Origin: Harriotta raleighana
Lineage: Eukaryota
Reading direction: 5' to 3'
Length of the DNA stretch: 64,000 bases
Assembly: GCA_050575255.1 (NCBI GenBank)
Contig: JBNZDD010013685.1
Span: forward strand, 5,327,517 to 5,391,516
The notes under the pieces were generated by a model, which ran no database searches, was not told the origin of the DNA, and was given only the letters and a program-made list of their open reading frames with translations. Positions 23,945 to 38,391 of the stretch are shown here, piece by piece. Numbering within the stretch: the first letter of the stretch is position 1; every line of letters begins with the position of its first letter. Both the position numbers and the translations under genes were made by a program.

Positions 23945-24925
23945 TAACAAAAACAATAACAACAAAATTACATTTGCATAGCACCTTTCACTCAGGGAAG
24001 ACGTCTCAAGGTGTTGGACAGACAGTAATTCAGACCTGAGCTGGGATCGGGATTGGGAAGGGTGGAGGGAACGGAGGAGTGCCTAATGGGACTGTCAAAG
24101 AGAAGGGTTTTGAGCTGGGACTTGAAGGAGGCTAGGGAAGGGGTGATGCGGAGGGTCTGCTGGATGGAATTCCAGAGATTAAGGGCAGAGTGGCTGAAGG
24201 CTCTCCAGCCGATGTGGGGAGGATGGATCGGGGAATAGGGGCAGGCCGGAGTCCACTGAGCGGAGAAAGCGGACAGGTTGGAAGGGGGTTAGGAGGCCGC
24301 AAATAAGGTGAGGCGAGGCCGTGGCAGGCTTTGAAGGCAAGGACCAAGAACTTGAATTGAATCCTCTGGGTGATGGGGAGCCAATTGAGTAGGATGATAA
24401 TGGGGGAGATGGGGTCACAGAGGTTGGAGTGGGGAAGGACACGGGCCGCAGAGTTCTGGATGAACTGCAGCTTATGGAGGGAGGAATTGGGAAAGCCAAC
24501 AAACAGGGTGTTGGAGTAGGCGAGCCTGGATGTGATGAAGACATGAATGAGGATATTAGCGGCCTGAGGAGTGAGGTAGTGGCAGAGTCGGGCAATGCTA
24601 CAGAGGTTAGGGAAGGCAGCGCGGATCATGGCTTGGATATGGGGGAGGAAGGACAGTTGAGGATCGAACAAGACACCTAGGTTCCTGAATGGCTTAGGGG
24701 GGTAGAGGGTACAACACCCTAGGGACTAGTGATGGATTCAGGGAAAGATTTTTCAGGATGGAGGTGATGACAGCTGTTTTTAGACAGGTGGGAAGAGTGG
24801 ATAGGGAGAGGTCTTGTGGATAGGGAGAGGTCGATGATGTCAATTAGGCAGGGGGCTAGGAGATGGAACTGGGAGATGAGAAGAGAGGTGGGGATGGGGT
24901 CGGTGGAGCAGGTGGTGGGTTTCAT
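23945..24925 (-). mobile_element. L2 LINE fragment (RT-proximal piece joined to C-terminal ORF2 and tail)
   Basis: MKPTTCSTDPIPTSLL; FDPQLSFLPHI...HKLQFIQNSAAR...LNWLPITQRIQFKFLVLAFK. Confidence 0.9.
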
Positions 24926-26137
24926 AAAAACCTACTGTATTTCCCCTTCCCATACCCTGCCCACCTCCTCCCACACCCTCAATGCCTCCCCAACCCATGC
25001 TCAAGTCCTGAACCCTGACTGTTCAGCGCCTTGGGACATCCTCCCGACATGAAAGATACACAAAATATAATTATGTTGTTGTATACAGGATGTTTAGCTG
25101 ATATTTGTAATGTACCTGTCCACAGAAGATTTAAATCACCTCTTGGCTTGTCAACAATTTTTAGATTTTTCTTAATTGCAGGTGAAGCCAAATTCAGACT
25201 GGCTCAGACTCTCTCCATGGCTTGCCCAGGTACACTATTCCTATATAATTAAACAAATCAGCTAATTCCATGGAAACTCTGATCATGTCATATGCAAGGC
25301 CCAAAAAATGGTTGACTTCCAAGTCGCCAGGTCACTGCTGATGTCACTGTCTGTGTTGTTCACACACACATATTTCCAGACACTGCAGGTCTTCAGTAGA
25401 CCCATGTGAGAAGTGAAATAGTGCTCCGTTGAACAATGCTGTAATGGGGTTTCCTTGTAGTTAACTAGACACAAAGAAAATGTGGAAATAAAGGAGTGAG
25501 CAAATATTATGTTTCCATAATGTTTCCATGAAAAAAGCACTTATAGGAGCCAAATCTCCCTGACAATCAAGATCCAGTGCCTTTCAGGTCAGAAGAACAT
25601 CTTGGGGAGCTCAATAAAATTTTCTGTGGAATGTTGTGATTGTATTTTGTGGGCCAACTCAGTGGCCTGTTTGCGCACAGCAGTGTCGCACTGGGGTTGT
25701 TGGGAAAATGGGGGGTGGAGGGATAATAATATTAATAATAATAATCTTTGCATTTGATATAGTACTTTTCACATCTTCTAGATGTCTCAATGCGCTTCAC
25801 AGAATATACTATAATGATATATATTTTATAATATATTATAAGTGCTCTAACCATCATAGGAAGAGTAGGAAGGGACCTGCAACACAAAAAGCAAACTTGC
25901 AAAAGTAAATAGAACAATATGTATGGATGCATCAAGGCTGTAGAACAAGATGACACAAGCTTAGAGTTGCAAAGGGTAGTTTCAGGACAGGCATTAGAAC
26001 TAATTAACGTCTCAAGTGCTTCATAGAATATACTGTAAAGTGAATTGACTGTATATTTTTTGGTGAGATGCGGTGGCCAATTGCCCACAGAAGTGTTCAA
26101 CAAACAGTTTTATTTTAAAAAAGTGAATGGAGTATTA

Positions 26138-26468
26138 CAACAACAACAAAATTATACTTATAGAGTGCCTTTCACGTCAGGAGGAGGGGGAAGGAGAGTA
26201 GGAGAGGGGGAAGACTTTGCAGGGGAGAAGAAGGCCTGGTCGAAGAGGAAGGTCTTAAGACCGGCTTTGAAGGCTGAAAGGGAGGAAGTGAAGTGAAGGG
26301 ATTGCGGGATGGAGTTCCATAGTGTGGGAGCAGAGAGGCTGAAAGCTCGGCCACCGATGGTAGGGTGGTTAGGGCGGAGGACGGAGAGCAGGCCAGAGCC
26401 TCCTGAACGCAGGGGATGGCAGGCTGATAGGGAGACAGCAGGGCAGAGAGATAGGTGGAGAGATAGGA
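26138..26468 (-). mobile_element. L2 3' fragment nested in a SINE family 1 copy (tail about 26005-26105, head about 26535-26646)
   Basis: TIGGRAFSLSAPTLWNSIP...LKTFLF; (AAC)n tail. Confidence 0.8.
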
Positions 26469-29400
26469 TTACCTCCGGAAAGTCAATCTGCCAACTGATT
26501 AACACCTGGGTTCCTACATATTGCTAGGTAGACAGAGACATGTGGAGAAAATAAATTTGCCTTAGGTTTTGTCCTGCCTGGGAATCGAACCAAGGTCCTC
26601 ACATTTGTGAGATGAATGCTCTAACCATTTTGCTATTGGACTCCATAGGTCTCTAAGATCCAGGATACTGAAAGTGCCTCAGATGGAAAATGAACCTGTG
26701 TGAACATTGGGTGAGGAAAAGAATAGGTTTGTCTAGTGCTTTTGATTGGTGCCCTAGCATAAGTCAGAGGCTCCGGAAGAAATTTGGAGAAGGAAAATAC
26801 AGGATATTTATCCACATAATGAATGTTGGTCCTAGATGTAATGGTTAAAATCATTAGCATCCAGTGACAGATAATATCTAATCTGAATAAATTGGTGCAC
26901 TTATCTTGGATCTTGCTTTGTGCATTTTATCTGATTCTTCCAATTAATGTGAGATTAAAAGTATCCATTAGAACAGAAATCCAATTGAAAATTGTTTTCA
27001 ACCATAAGGCATGCCTTAGGGAACTTTCATTATACAAGTTTGTTCTTCCTTATGCACAGCCCTCAAAATTATGTTTCTGAGCATTTGGAACAGGAGGCAA
27101 TTACTAGGATAAGGAAACAAAACAAGAAGGAAAATTTGATTGAGATAATGGTAAGCAACATCTCTCTCCTTTGTATATATACTGCCCTTTCAGGGTAAAA
27201 CACATATTAGCTGTTCAGACATCCTTGGTAAATAAAATTTGATCCTGCCATTTTTTTTGAGCAGCTGGATGCCTCTCATGCACGGAAACACATCATTATG
27301 CGTTGCGTACCGAAACCTTTATACAAACACATTGGGATGCTACCCCATTTGAATGGCACTATGTAAATGCATGTTGTTAATGTATCCTTACCATAGTTAA
27401 ACATTCCTTGAAGTGAGAGGTTTAAGGACACTAAGCAGGTCCAATGTTCAATTTGATAATGTCAACCATAAGGTAATATCATACGATTGAAGTGTTCATT
27501 ATAGCAATAGATCACATTTAGTCTGTTAAGAAACAACACAATCCTCATCTCCTTGTGTTGTTTGCAAGCAAGAGAACAGAAAAAACATGGTGTGGGTAGC
27601 TGGTGGTGGTGGAATGATTAAACCGTTTAATACAAGCTGATCAGTTTAAGTTACCATGCCAGCCAGCTTACTAAATTCATTTGGAATTAGCTTGTATTTT
27701 ATGTGTGACAGACACACTACATCATGTCAACTGAAAGCAGATTAGCCACAGGATCCCACATTGAACCTCTATAGCTTCATGTTCATCAGGTGACTTGCTT
27801 TAAACCTTTGGAAGCTTTAAATGAACCGCAAAGAGAAGGAAACAGACTTCAAAAGCGAAGAGGGGGGTGGATGTGGGGAGGAAGCATTTCTGCATGAGTC
27901 TCTGGAATCCAGACATGGGCCTGTCTGTGGCCTTGCTAGTCTGAAGAGCCTGAGGGACAGATAGGCCTGAACTTGTCTTGCACTGGGGAGCAAATCAAAT
28001 CCTTGTGCATTTTCATCAGCTGTCAGTGGCAGACAGATATTTCGGCCAGGCAGGAAATTAGGCTATTAAATTACAGGTTTTTCCCAAACTTCATGTCATT
28101 CTTCCCTGCTTTACTACAGATGTTCCATCAAAGCAAGCCATTGAAGCCATTTATCTTTTTGTACTTAAATACCTCTGCTCAAGCTAATTTTTTTTTGCTT
28201 GTTTGTTGAAGTCTTTGTACTCTGTGTCTTGCTTTCCTGATCTTCTGCAGATCTATGATTAATTTGCTGCACTGAAGAGTTCAACAACAAAATCAATTTC
28301 AATTGGGTCAGATTGGGTCATTGCCAACTCGCTCGTGTGAGAAGTGAGAATAGATTATTATCATTCCACCAACACATTAATGGAGCAAAGACAGCAAAAA
28401 AAAAATATCACCTGATGTTTAACATTATTCAAAAAAGACATACACCTTGACCAGAACATATCTCCTTTCAGCGCCTTGGGACATCCTCCTGACGTGAAAG
28501 GTCCTTTATAATAATTTGTTAGTGTTGTTTATATTGTTCAGTAAAGGATTTCAATAAACATGTCAACCTCAATGGAAATTGGAACTGCCTTGGAGAAAAA
28601 ATGGTTTCTAGAAATGTTTTGTCAGCTCGGCTCTGTTGATAGTATTCTTGCCTGTGGATCAGAAGTTTGTGGGTTTAACTTCCTCAGCAGGATTTAAGCA
28701 CTGTTGCCTCTGGGTCAGAAGTTTACTGAGTCAAGGTCTAAGTCGGGAATTGGACATACAGTCCAAGGTGACACATTTCTTCTTCATCACCTGGTGTCTG
28801 ACACATGAGGAAACCCATCGCCATGCTTAAAAGCATGCAAACCAGACAGAGTCCCATGTATGGGACGTCCTCCCGACGTGAAAGGCTCTATACAAGTGTA
28901 ATTTTGTTGTTGTTATATGTTTGCTTCCCACACGTAGATATTTCCCTGTGTCTGAAATAGAATACATATTTTGATGTCCTGCTTATTTAATTCCAGAGAG
29001 TATTAGTCATAAATTGGTGTGAGCCAATGCTTGGGGATACTTTAGTGTGGATTTAGGTACCATTGGAGTTTAACCAGCTAAAACTATAGAACTTTGGCTT
29101 TGAGAGCGTTATCTGGCAAGCTTCCCGCTGCTCATCCAGCTAGAACCATCCTATCCATTAGTGCTTTGGCTTGCACGATTAATAGAAAATGATTGGGAAG
29201 AATCTCTGCTTCCATTGCTTCCTTCCCATGAAACAACAACAACAAACAAAATGACACTTGTATAGAGACTTTCATGTTAGGAAAATGTCCCATCAGCAGT
29301 GGCCTGAAAAACTGCAAACCCATCTGGCTCAGGCACTGGACTGTCGACTGCTACACAGGGTTGACTCGATTTCGACAATCCATTGCCTTTGAACTAGTGC

Positions 29401-32400
29401 AACTCTAAGGAGAGCATGCTTACATCTCTCCAAAGGTGATAATTTAGTGCAGTACTATAATAAAATAATAATAATCCTTACATTTGATTTAGCACCTTTC
29501 ATGTCGTGAAGACATCTGAAAGCTTTTCGTATGATTTACTATAAGATAATATTATTAATAAACCTTGTGTTTGATATTGTGCCTTAGCACAAATTTTAAA
29601 TTTGCAATTTTTAAAACTGTAGTGACTGTGTATCTTGTCAGCTAACATACCGAGGGAGCACTAAGCTGTTGGAGCTGTTGTTTTGATTGTTTATTTTCAG
29701 ATGGATGTTAAAGATTGTGTGACTTTATTTGAAAAGAGATGGGAATTTCTTCTTGTCCTGTTCAATATGCCTCAAGATGAATTATGTGCTCATATCCTGG
29801 CTGATAATGGGATATTTTGTGCACAGAATGGTTGCCTACAAAAACAGTCATTACATTTGACAGTTATAACACTAAAATGTGTTGAGGTATTTTAACAGGA
29901 TAATACACGATAAAAATGCAAGTTCTTCCATAAGCACTAAAAGCATTTTGCTTCACTGTCCCTGCNTGGTTAGGGCGGAGGACGGAGAGCAGGCCAGAGC
30001 CTCCTGAACGCAGGGGATGGCAGGCTGATAGGGAGACAGCAGGGCAGAGAGATAGGTGGAGAGATAGGATTACCTCCGGAAAGTCAATCTGCCAACTGAT
30101 TAACACCTGGGTTCCTACATATTGCTAGGTAGACAGAGACATGTGGAGAAAATAAATTTGCCTTAGGTTTTGTCCTGCCTGGGAATCGAACCAAGGTCCT
30201 CACATTTGTGAGATGAATGCTCTAACCATTTTGCTATTGGACTCCATAGGTCTCTAAGATCCAGGATACTGAAAGTGCCTCAGATGGAAAATGAACCTGT
30301 GTGAACATTGGGTGAGGAAAAGAATAGGTTTGTCTAGTGCTTTTGATTGGTGCCCTAGCATAAGTCAGAGGCTCCGGAAGAAATTTGGAGAAGGAAAATA
30401 CAGGATATTTATCCACATAATGAATGTTGGTCCTAGATGTAATGGTTAAAATCATTAGCATCCAGTGACAGATAATATCTAATCTGAATAAATTGGTGCA
30501 CTTATCTTGGATCTTGCTTTGTGCATTTTATCTGATTCTTCCAATTAATGTGAGATTAAAAGTATCCATTAGAACAGAAATCCAATTGAAAATTGTTTTC
30601 AACCATAAGGCATGCCTTAGGGAACTTTCATTATACAAGTTTGTTCTTCCTTATGCACAGCCCTCAAAATTATGTTTCTGAGCATTTGGAACAGGAGGCA
30701 ATTACTAGGATAAGGAAACAAAACAAGAAGGAAAATTTGATTGAGATAATGGTAAGCAACATCTCTCTCCTTTGTATATATACTGCCCTTTCAGGGTAAA
30801 ACACATATTAGCTGTTCAGACATCCTTGGTAAATAAAATTTGATCCTGCCATTTTTTTTGAGCAGCTGGATGCCTCTCATGCACGGAAACACATCATTAT
30901 GCGTTGCGTACCGAAACCTTTATACAAACACATTGGGATGCTACCCCATTTGAATGGCACTATGTAAATGCATGTTGTTAATGTATCCTTACCATAGTTA
31001 AACATTCCTTGAAGTGAGAGGTTTAAGGACACTAAGCAGGTCCAATGTTCAATTTGATAATGTCAACCATAAGGTAATATCATACGATTGAAGTGTTCAT
31101 TATAGCAATAGATCACATTTAGTCTGTTAAGAAACAACACAATCCTCATCTCCTTGTGTTGTTTGCAAGCAAGAGAACAGAAAAAACATGGTGTGGGTAG
31201 CTGGTGGTGGTGGAATGATTAAACCGTTTAATACAAGCTGATCAGTTTAAGTTACCATGCCAGCCAGCTTACTAAATTCATTTGGAATTAGCTTGTATTT
31301 TATGTGTGACAGACACACTACATCATGTCAACTGAAAGCAGATTAGCCACAGGATCCCACATTGAACCTCTATAGCTTCATGTTCATCAGGTGACTTGCT
31401 TTAAACCTTTGGAAGCTTTAAATGAACCGCAAAGAGAAGGAAACAGACTTCAAAAGCGAAGAGGGGGGTGGATGTGGGGAGGAAGCATTTCTGCATGAGT
31501 CTCTGGAATCCAGACATGGGCCTGTCTGTGGCCTTGCTAGTCTGAAGAGCCTGAGGGACAGATAGGCCTGAACTTGTCTTGCACTGGGGAGCAAATCAAA
31601 TCCTTGTGCATTTTCATCAGCTGTCAGTGGCAGACAGATATTTCGGCCAGGCAGGAAATTAGGCTATTAAATTACAGGTTTTTCCCAAACTTCATGTCAT
31701 TCTTCCCTGCTTTACTACAGATGTTCCATCAAAGCAAGCCATTGAAGCCATTTATCTTTTTGTACTTAAATACCTCTGCTCAAGCTAATTTTTTTTTGCT
31801 TGTTTGTTGAAGTCTTTGTACTCTGTGTCTTGCTTTCCTGATCTTCTGCAGATCTATGATTAATTTGCTGCACTGAAGAGTTCAACAACAAAATCAATTT
31901 CAATTGGGTCAGATTGGGTCATTGCCAACTCACTCGTGTGAGAAGTGAGAATAGATTATTATCATTCCACCAACACATTAATGGAGCAAAGACAGCAAAA
32001 AATATATATCACCTGATGTTTAACATTATTCAAAAAAGACATACACCTTGACCAGAACATATCTCCTTTCAGCGCCTTGGGACATCCTCCTGACGTGAAA
32101 GGTCCTTTATAATAATTTGTTAGTGTTGTTTATATTGTTCAGTAAAGGATTTCAATAACCATGTCAACCTCAATGGAAATTGGAACTGCCTTGGAGAAAA
32201 AATGGTTTCTAGAAATGTTTTGTCAGCTCGGCTCTGTTGATAGTATTCTTGCCTGTGGATCAGAAGTTTGTGGGTTTAACTTCCTCAGCAGGATTTAAGC
32301 ACTGGTGCCTCTGGGTCAGAAGTTTACTGAGTCAAGGTCTAAGTCGGGAATTGGACATACAGTCCAAGGTGACACATTTCTTCTTCATCACCTGGTGTCT

Positions 32401-33569
32401 GACACATGAGGAAACCCATCGCCATGCTTAAAAGCATGCAAACCAGACAGAGTCCCATGTATGGGACGTCCTCCCGACGTGAAAGGCTCTATACAAGTGT
32501 AATTTTGTTGTTGTTATATGTTTGCTTCCCACACGTAGATATTTCCCTGTGTCTGAAATAGAATACATATTTTGATGTCCTGCTTTTTTAATTCCAGAGA
32601 GTATTAGTCATAAATTGGTGTGAGCCAATGCTTGGGGATACTTTAGTGTGGATTTAGGTACCATTGGAGTTTAACCAGCTAAAACTATAGAACTTTGGCT
32701 TTGAGAGCGTTATCTGGCAAGCTTCCCGCTGCTCATCCAGCTAGAACCATCCTATCCATTAGTGCTTTGGCTTGCACGATCAATAGAAAATGATTGGGAA
32801 GAATCTCTGCTTCCATTGCTTCCTTCCCATGAAACAACAACAACAACAAACAAAATGACACTTGTATAGAGACTTTCATGTTAGGAAAATGTCCCATCAG
32901 CAGTGGCCTGAAAAACTGCAAACCCATCTGGCTCAGGCACTGGACTGTCGACTGCTACACAGGGTTGACTCGATTTCGACAATCCATTGCCTTTGAACTA
33001 GTGCAACTCTAAGGAGAGCATGCTTACATCTCTCCAAAGGTGATAATTTAGTGCAGTACTATAATAAAATAATAATAATCCTTACATTTGATTTAGCACC
33101 TTTCATGTCGTGAAGACATCTGAAAGCTTTTCGTATGATTTACTATAAGATAATATTATTAATAAACCTTGTGTTTGATATTGTGCCTTAGCACAAATTT
33201 TAAATTTGCAATTTTTAAAACTGTAGTGACTGTGTATCTTGTCAGCTAACATACCGAGGGAGCACTAAGCTGTTGGAGCTGTTGTTTTGATTGTTTATTT
33301 TCAGATGGATGTTAAAGATTGTGTGACTTTATTTGAAAAGAGATGGGAATTTCTTCTTGTCCTGTTCAATATGCCTCAAGATGAATTATGTGCTCATATC
33401 CTGGCTGATAATGGGATATTTTGTGCACAGAATGGTTGCCTACAAAAACAGTCATTACATTTGACAGTTATAACACTAAAATGTGTTGAGGTATTTTAAC
33501 AGGATAATACACGATAAAAATGCAAGTTCTTCCATAAGCACTAAAAGCATTTTGCTTCACTGTCCCTGC
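26366..33569. repeat. Apparent 3.6-kb tandem duplication (26366-29965 / 29967-33569), probable haplotype assembly artefact
   Basis: Copies nearly identical (a handful of substitutions and one AAC indel) and separated by a single n at 29966. Confidence 0.85.
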
Positions 33570-35465
33570 AGTTCTGGTGCTAATTGTAGTTCCGAAGTTG
33601 GGCCAAATGACCTGATTTTGCTACTGCAAATATTTGTGGGTCATTTTTTTCTTAATGTTTCCCTTTCCAATGTTTTTCTCTTCATTGAGGGCGACTTCTG
33701 CAAGCCTCACCTGAGTAATAAAGTGTAAACCAAGACTTAAATGTCGGAAGGTTATTCCACATATCATAGCTGAGCTCAATCTTATTCTCGTCTGACATCT
33801 ACACTTGCAATTTTCCTTGTAGGGGCCACAGGATATTAAACAGGAGCTGAGTCCAGCAATAATACACTCACTGCTTCTTCGACCAGGATCAATTTGCTTC
33901 AACCAGACTAGGGATTGGGCTGAGGCCTTTTGTGGGCAGATCTCAATAAATGGGTTAGTTAGAATGGCTTTTTCAATATACGCATTCTTACACATATATT
34001 AGACTATTAATGTCTTTAGAGTTTTGCTTTTAAGCTGCAGAACAAATCCCCAATTATATCTTTCTCTGACTCGTGTAACAGTTTTCATCTGGAGTGCTGC
34101 TATCATGTTAATTTCTCACCAGGAGCATTGTCCCGTGGGCTGGTGCAAAGGTTCCTTTGATGGTATTTTCTGCATTCTCACAGGATAATTTGCTGCCAAC
34201 GATATGTTAAAATGTAGAGTTTAGTGGAATCCTATGCACCTAACAGCTTTGCAACTAGAAAGGAGCCAGAAGCAAATTGTGACTTGCACCCATAAGTGAC
34301 CAAATCATAGCCAAGGGAAAATAATTATATATACTGTACAGGATTAGTCATACAATTTATTAACTAGTAAGAAGAATTGCTTAGCTAAAGGTTGGAATTG
34401 GCATCCTCTATATACAAGATAAGTTGCCCACAAACATGCAGCATATATTCTGTGAAGCGATTTGAGATGTGAAAGTACTATATCAAATGCAAGGATTATT
34501 ATTAGTCGTAAGTCTCATTTACTGTACATTTAGTTAAAAAAAAACATGTTCTAAGGCAGTCTGAGACGCCATCTGGCATGGAGGGCGCTATATAAATCCC
34601 AAGATTTTGTTGTTGACTCTTCCCATCTTTAACCATCCACATGCGCTATCCTGAATGAAGGACACTGCAGTGAAACCTGTCTTCAATAATCACTCAGGCA
34701 AGTGGGCCAAAGTGGCCTTTATATAAGGGCAGCCTCCTAGCAAAGATGAGTTGGCGCATGTGGAATTTCTGTCTGGGATGTACAAGGGTGGTTATTAACA
34801 GGGTTGGTTGCTGAGCAGAGATGGTGCTTGATTACGTTTGATTGATGTAAATGCAAAAGTGCTAGTGTTGATTTAAGGAGGAATAAAGCAAGATTAAATA
34901 TTTTTGTTTGAAATATTTTATCTGAATATACTCTGGAAAAGAAAATCGCCGTGAAAGTCACAAACTACTGTAGTTTACTTTTAACCAGTAGTAAGGAATT
35001 TTATTGTAATATTAAGCTATCTAATTTTACTGATGCAAATAACAGGGAAGAGGCTGCCGGAATGCATGGGGATCTGGTTAAAATATTGAGCTGACAAGTG
35101 GCAAATATGATTTGGTGAAGATAAATATAGAGTGATGAGATAGGGGAATAAGACTAAACAATGGCAATGTAAAATAAGGGATATTGGGTACTGGTGATTA
35201 GATTTGCTGAAATCATATCTGGAACACGTGCATCAAGTCAGATTAATTGCCCTCCTAACTTGTGAGTGTTAAGAAAGACAGAGCTTGCAATACATATGTG
35301 ACCAAACACTGCAGGTGTTGTGAGGGGAATAGGGATCACACCCAGGGTCAGTGCATCGTTATCGATTGATGTTAGTTATGAATGGCCTCTTGGACCACAT
35401 CCTTTCAACAAAATGATAATAAACATCAATGTTAATTAACAGTCAGTAATTTTCATCCTCTCCTG

Positions 35466-36263
35466 CAGTGGTTTCCAAACTTTGAATAGCTGTGCCCCCG
35501 TGAGTCAACGTTTTGGGTCCACGACCCTTCATCAGAACTGGAGTATGTTGGGAGGGAGAGGCTTTTAAGGATTAACAGAGGGGGAGAGACAGGGCAAGTC
35601 AGACAAAGGGGAAAGAGGGGTAGAGGGCAGGAGATGATGGGTTTAAAAGGTGTTAATGATGTGAAACAAAAAAGGGTGTTGAAACAAAACTGCAGAGAAG
35701 AGGTGCTAATAACGCTAAAACAAACAAAGAGCTGAAATTGCCAATGAACAGGCAGATCAGATGGTCACAGAAGAAGGTGGAGGTGAGCTATTATGGCCTG
35801 AATTTTTGAAATCAATATTAAGGCCAGAGGACTGTAAGGTCCCTAGCGGATGGATAAGGTGCTGTTCCTTGAGCTTGTGCTGCAGTTCGCTGAAACAGCA
35901 GAGGAGACCGTGGATGGAGAGGTCAGACTGCGAATGGGAAGGAGAATTAAAATGGCATGAAACCGGTAAATCAGGGTTATATTTCCTGACAGAACAGAGG
36001 TGTTCGTCAAATCGGTCACCCAATCTATGTTTGATCTACCCAATGTAGAGGAGACCGCATCGTGAGCAGCGGATGCAATTTACTACATTGGTGGCAGTAC
36101 ATATAAAATGCTGTCTCACATAAAAACTGTGCTTGAGGCTTTGGACAGTGATCTGGGAACAGGTGAAAGGGCAGGTATTGCACCTCCTGTGCTGGTATGG
36201 GAAGGTGCCAGGGGAAGGGGAGTGATGGATTAAAGAGGTGCCCCCAAAGTTTGGAAATTACTG
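35466..36263. mobile_element. Short hAT MITE interrupted by a Penelope insertion
   Basis: TIR CAGTGGTTTCCAAACTTTG / CAAAGTTTGGAAATTACTG; TSD CTCTCCTG vs CTCTACTG (7/8). Confidence 0.8.
35501..36235 (-). mobile_element. Penelope-like retroelement 3' fragment, GIY-YIG endonuclease pseudogene
   Basis: FICTATNVVNCIRCSRCGLLYIG*IKHRLGDRFDEHL...PVSCHFNSPSH...EQHLIHPLGTLQSSGLN; terminal CTGATGA hammerhead remnant. Confidence 0.9.
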
Positions 36264-36924
36264 CTCTACTGTGATACACAGGAAAGAATGTAGCTCTGCC
36301 ACACATAGAATAATAGTTTTCAAGCACCAGAATCCCAGTACCACTATTAACTGTTATTAAAATTTTCATTTTATTGAGACCATAGTATGTTTTAGCAAAA
36401 ATTATAGATGGAAATTGAGCAGAGAGCTATAACTCAATTTCAGAACATTTTACTGTATATCCATTTAGTATTTAAATTCATGGCCTTATTTCTCACTCTA
36501 AAGCAGACATGATTTGATATATAATGCCTTTGTAACTAACTAGTGGAGACATTGGTTTCAGACTGGATCAACTCATGATGTGTGTGATCCAATGTAATCA
36601 GTAGGTGGTAAGAATATTCCATTTCCAATTACAACTTCTATCAGCAAGAACTGTCCTCTCATGTTCCTCTGGATGCTCAGTCGTTATGAACTGAACTTAT
36701 GCATAGAAGAAAGACATTGTATTTTTATAGCTTTCTTTGTGAAATGCCAAGACAGTAAGACAAGTGGTCACAGATTTAGGGTTGTGAAGGGAAAGTTCAA
36801 GACAGTCATTGTGAAGTATTTAATTAAGAAGAGGATTATCAATTATGGGTTACCAGGAAGATTAAGGCCAGGAAATGGCTTATTTTAAGAAGCACCTTGA
36901 TGTTCCAATTGAAACTAAAAGTCA

Positions 36925-37270
36925 GCCTGGCTCAGTTGGAAGCACTCTCACTCCCGATGGACAGTTGTGGGTTCAAGCCCCACATTAGGATATCTAACCA
37001 TTACAGTCTCTGCTGACAATCCACTGCAGTGCATGGTGTGTGCTTCATTGACAGAGATGCTGTCTTTCATATGAGACATTAAATCGAGGTCTCATCTGCC
37101 TGTCCAGATAGATGTTAAGGAATTCATGGCACTATTCAAAAAGAACAGGGAGTTCATCCTGGTGTCCTGGATAGCAATCCACCAAATACAATTAGTGTCT
37201 CACTCCATGACTGTTTGTGGAACGTCCTGTACACAAATTAGCAATGACATTAAAATGCAAGGATTATTAC
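36925..37270 (+). mobile_element. DeuSINE-like SINE family 2
   Basis: GGCTCAGTTGG A box, GGTTCAAGCCC B box, Deu-like body. Confidence 0.8.
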
Positions 37271-38081
37271 AGTATGTTGTAGTTTGGGCATTGAGAAAGA
37301 TGAGATCAAGTGGGCCAAAGTGCCTTTTTCATCTGCACTTCTCTTTCCTATGGTCTATCTCACATTATAGTATTGGAAGGAATGTTCCCTAAACTTTCTA
37401 AATTGACAATGGTTTGTCTCTGATAGAAAATCAAATATGAATCAAAATTGTTGCAGTATTCATCAATAATAATGTTAACTTTAATTTTCTGACAGCTTTG
37501 TTAAAAACATTGTGACTTGAAATTGCCCTGGTGCTTCTTGTACTGCCTTGGGATGTTCCTCAGAATCTAAGCATGTCAATTTTCTACAAACAAATAAATG
37601 CCTGTGCAGATGATGTTTGGATTAATTTGTTCCGAATAGATACCAGTCCCATGATAAATGAGACATAAATAAAATTTCAATCTCATTTTATGATGCTCAT
37701 TCAGTATTACATAGTTATTTTTTGTCATCCTTCATTTTAATCCACTGTACTTCATTACATTATTCTGTACTCTCAAGCAAATCTACAGGAGAACAAATGT
37801 ACAATTATAAAGAAATATTTGTTTTTTTTATACATGTGCATGAGTGTCATTGAATTGTAGTCTCAGTCATCTGTCATCAACCTCTTGGAATTCAATCTCA
37901 GTTAATAAGGTTCAATGAGTGAGCCATCTGTTTTGGAAGGTAGACATGGCAATTGGCACAGAATGTACGTAATCTTCATCATTATCCATCGAGCAGCTCA
38001 TTCAGCATAACTCTAATGATAAGCAAAAAAACAAATGTAAATATCCTATCCTTTTGAAACAGGCAAATCTGGCCATACTAG

Positions 38082-38391
38082 AATAATTGAATCCTTGCAT
38101 TTGATATACAACTTTTTACATCTTCTGGAGGTCTCAAAGCGCTTCACAGAATATATGATAAAGTGAACTGACTATATTTTTGTAGGCAAAATGCATCAGT
38201 CAATTGTGCATAGTAATGTCACACAAACAGTTGTGGATTGAAGTGACCAATTTTTTCTTTTTTTTTCTTGAGGGATTATTATCGGGCGTGTGGAATACGG
38301 AAACTTGCTCAAAGCTTTGTCCTAATGGGAATCAAACCCAGGTCTCTACTTGCGAACTAAGTGCTCTAACCATTGAGCTACAGGATTCCAC
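38082..38391 (-). mobile_element. Full-length SINE family 1
   Basis: Family match. Confidence 0.85.

Noticed and set aside
24132-24671. 179-aa ORF as a host gene (also 39264-39830, 41841-42479, 50688-51173)
   Set aside because: Decayed L2 ORF2 fragments with frameshifts
25314-25464. Candidate exons at 25.3-25.5 kb (-), 19.4-19.5 kb (-), 16.9 kb (-) and 33.8-33.95 kb (+)
   Set aside because: Only splice-like signals, no recognisable protein; expected by chance in 64 kb
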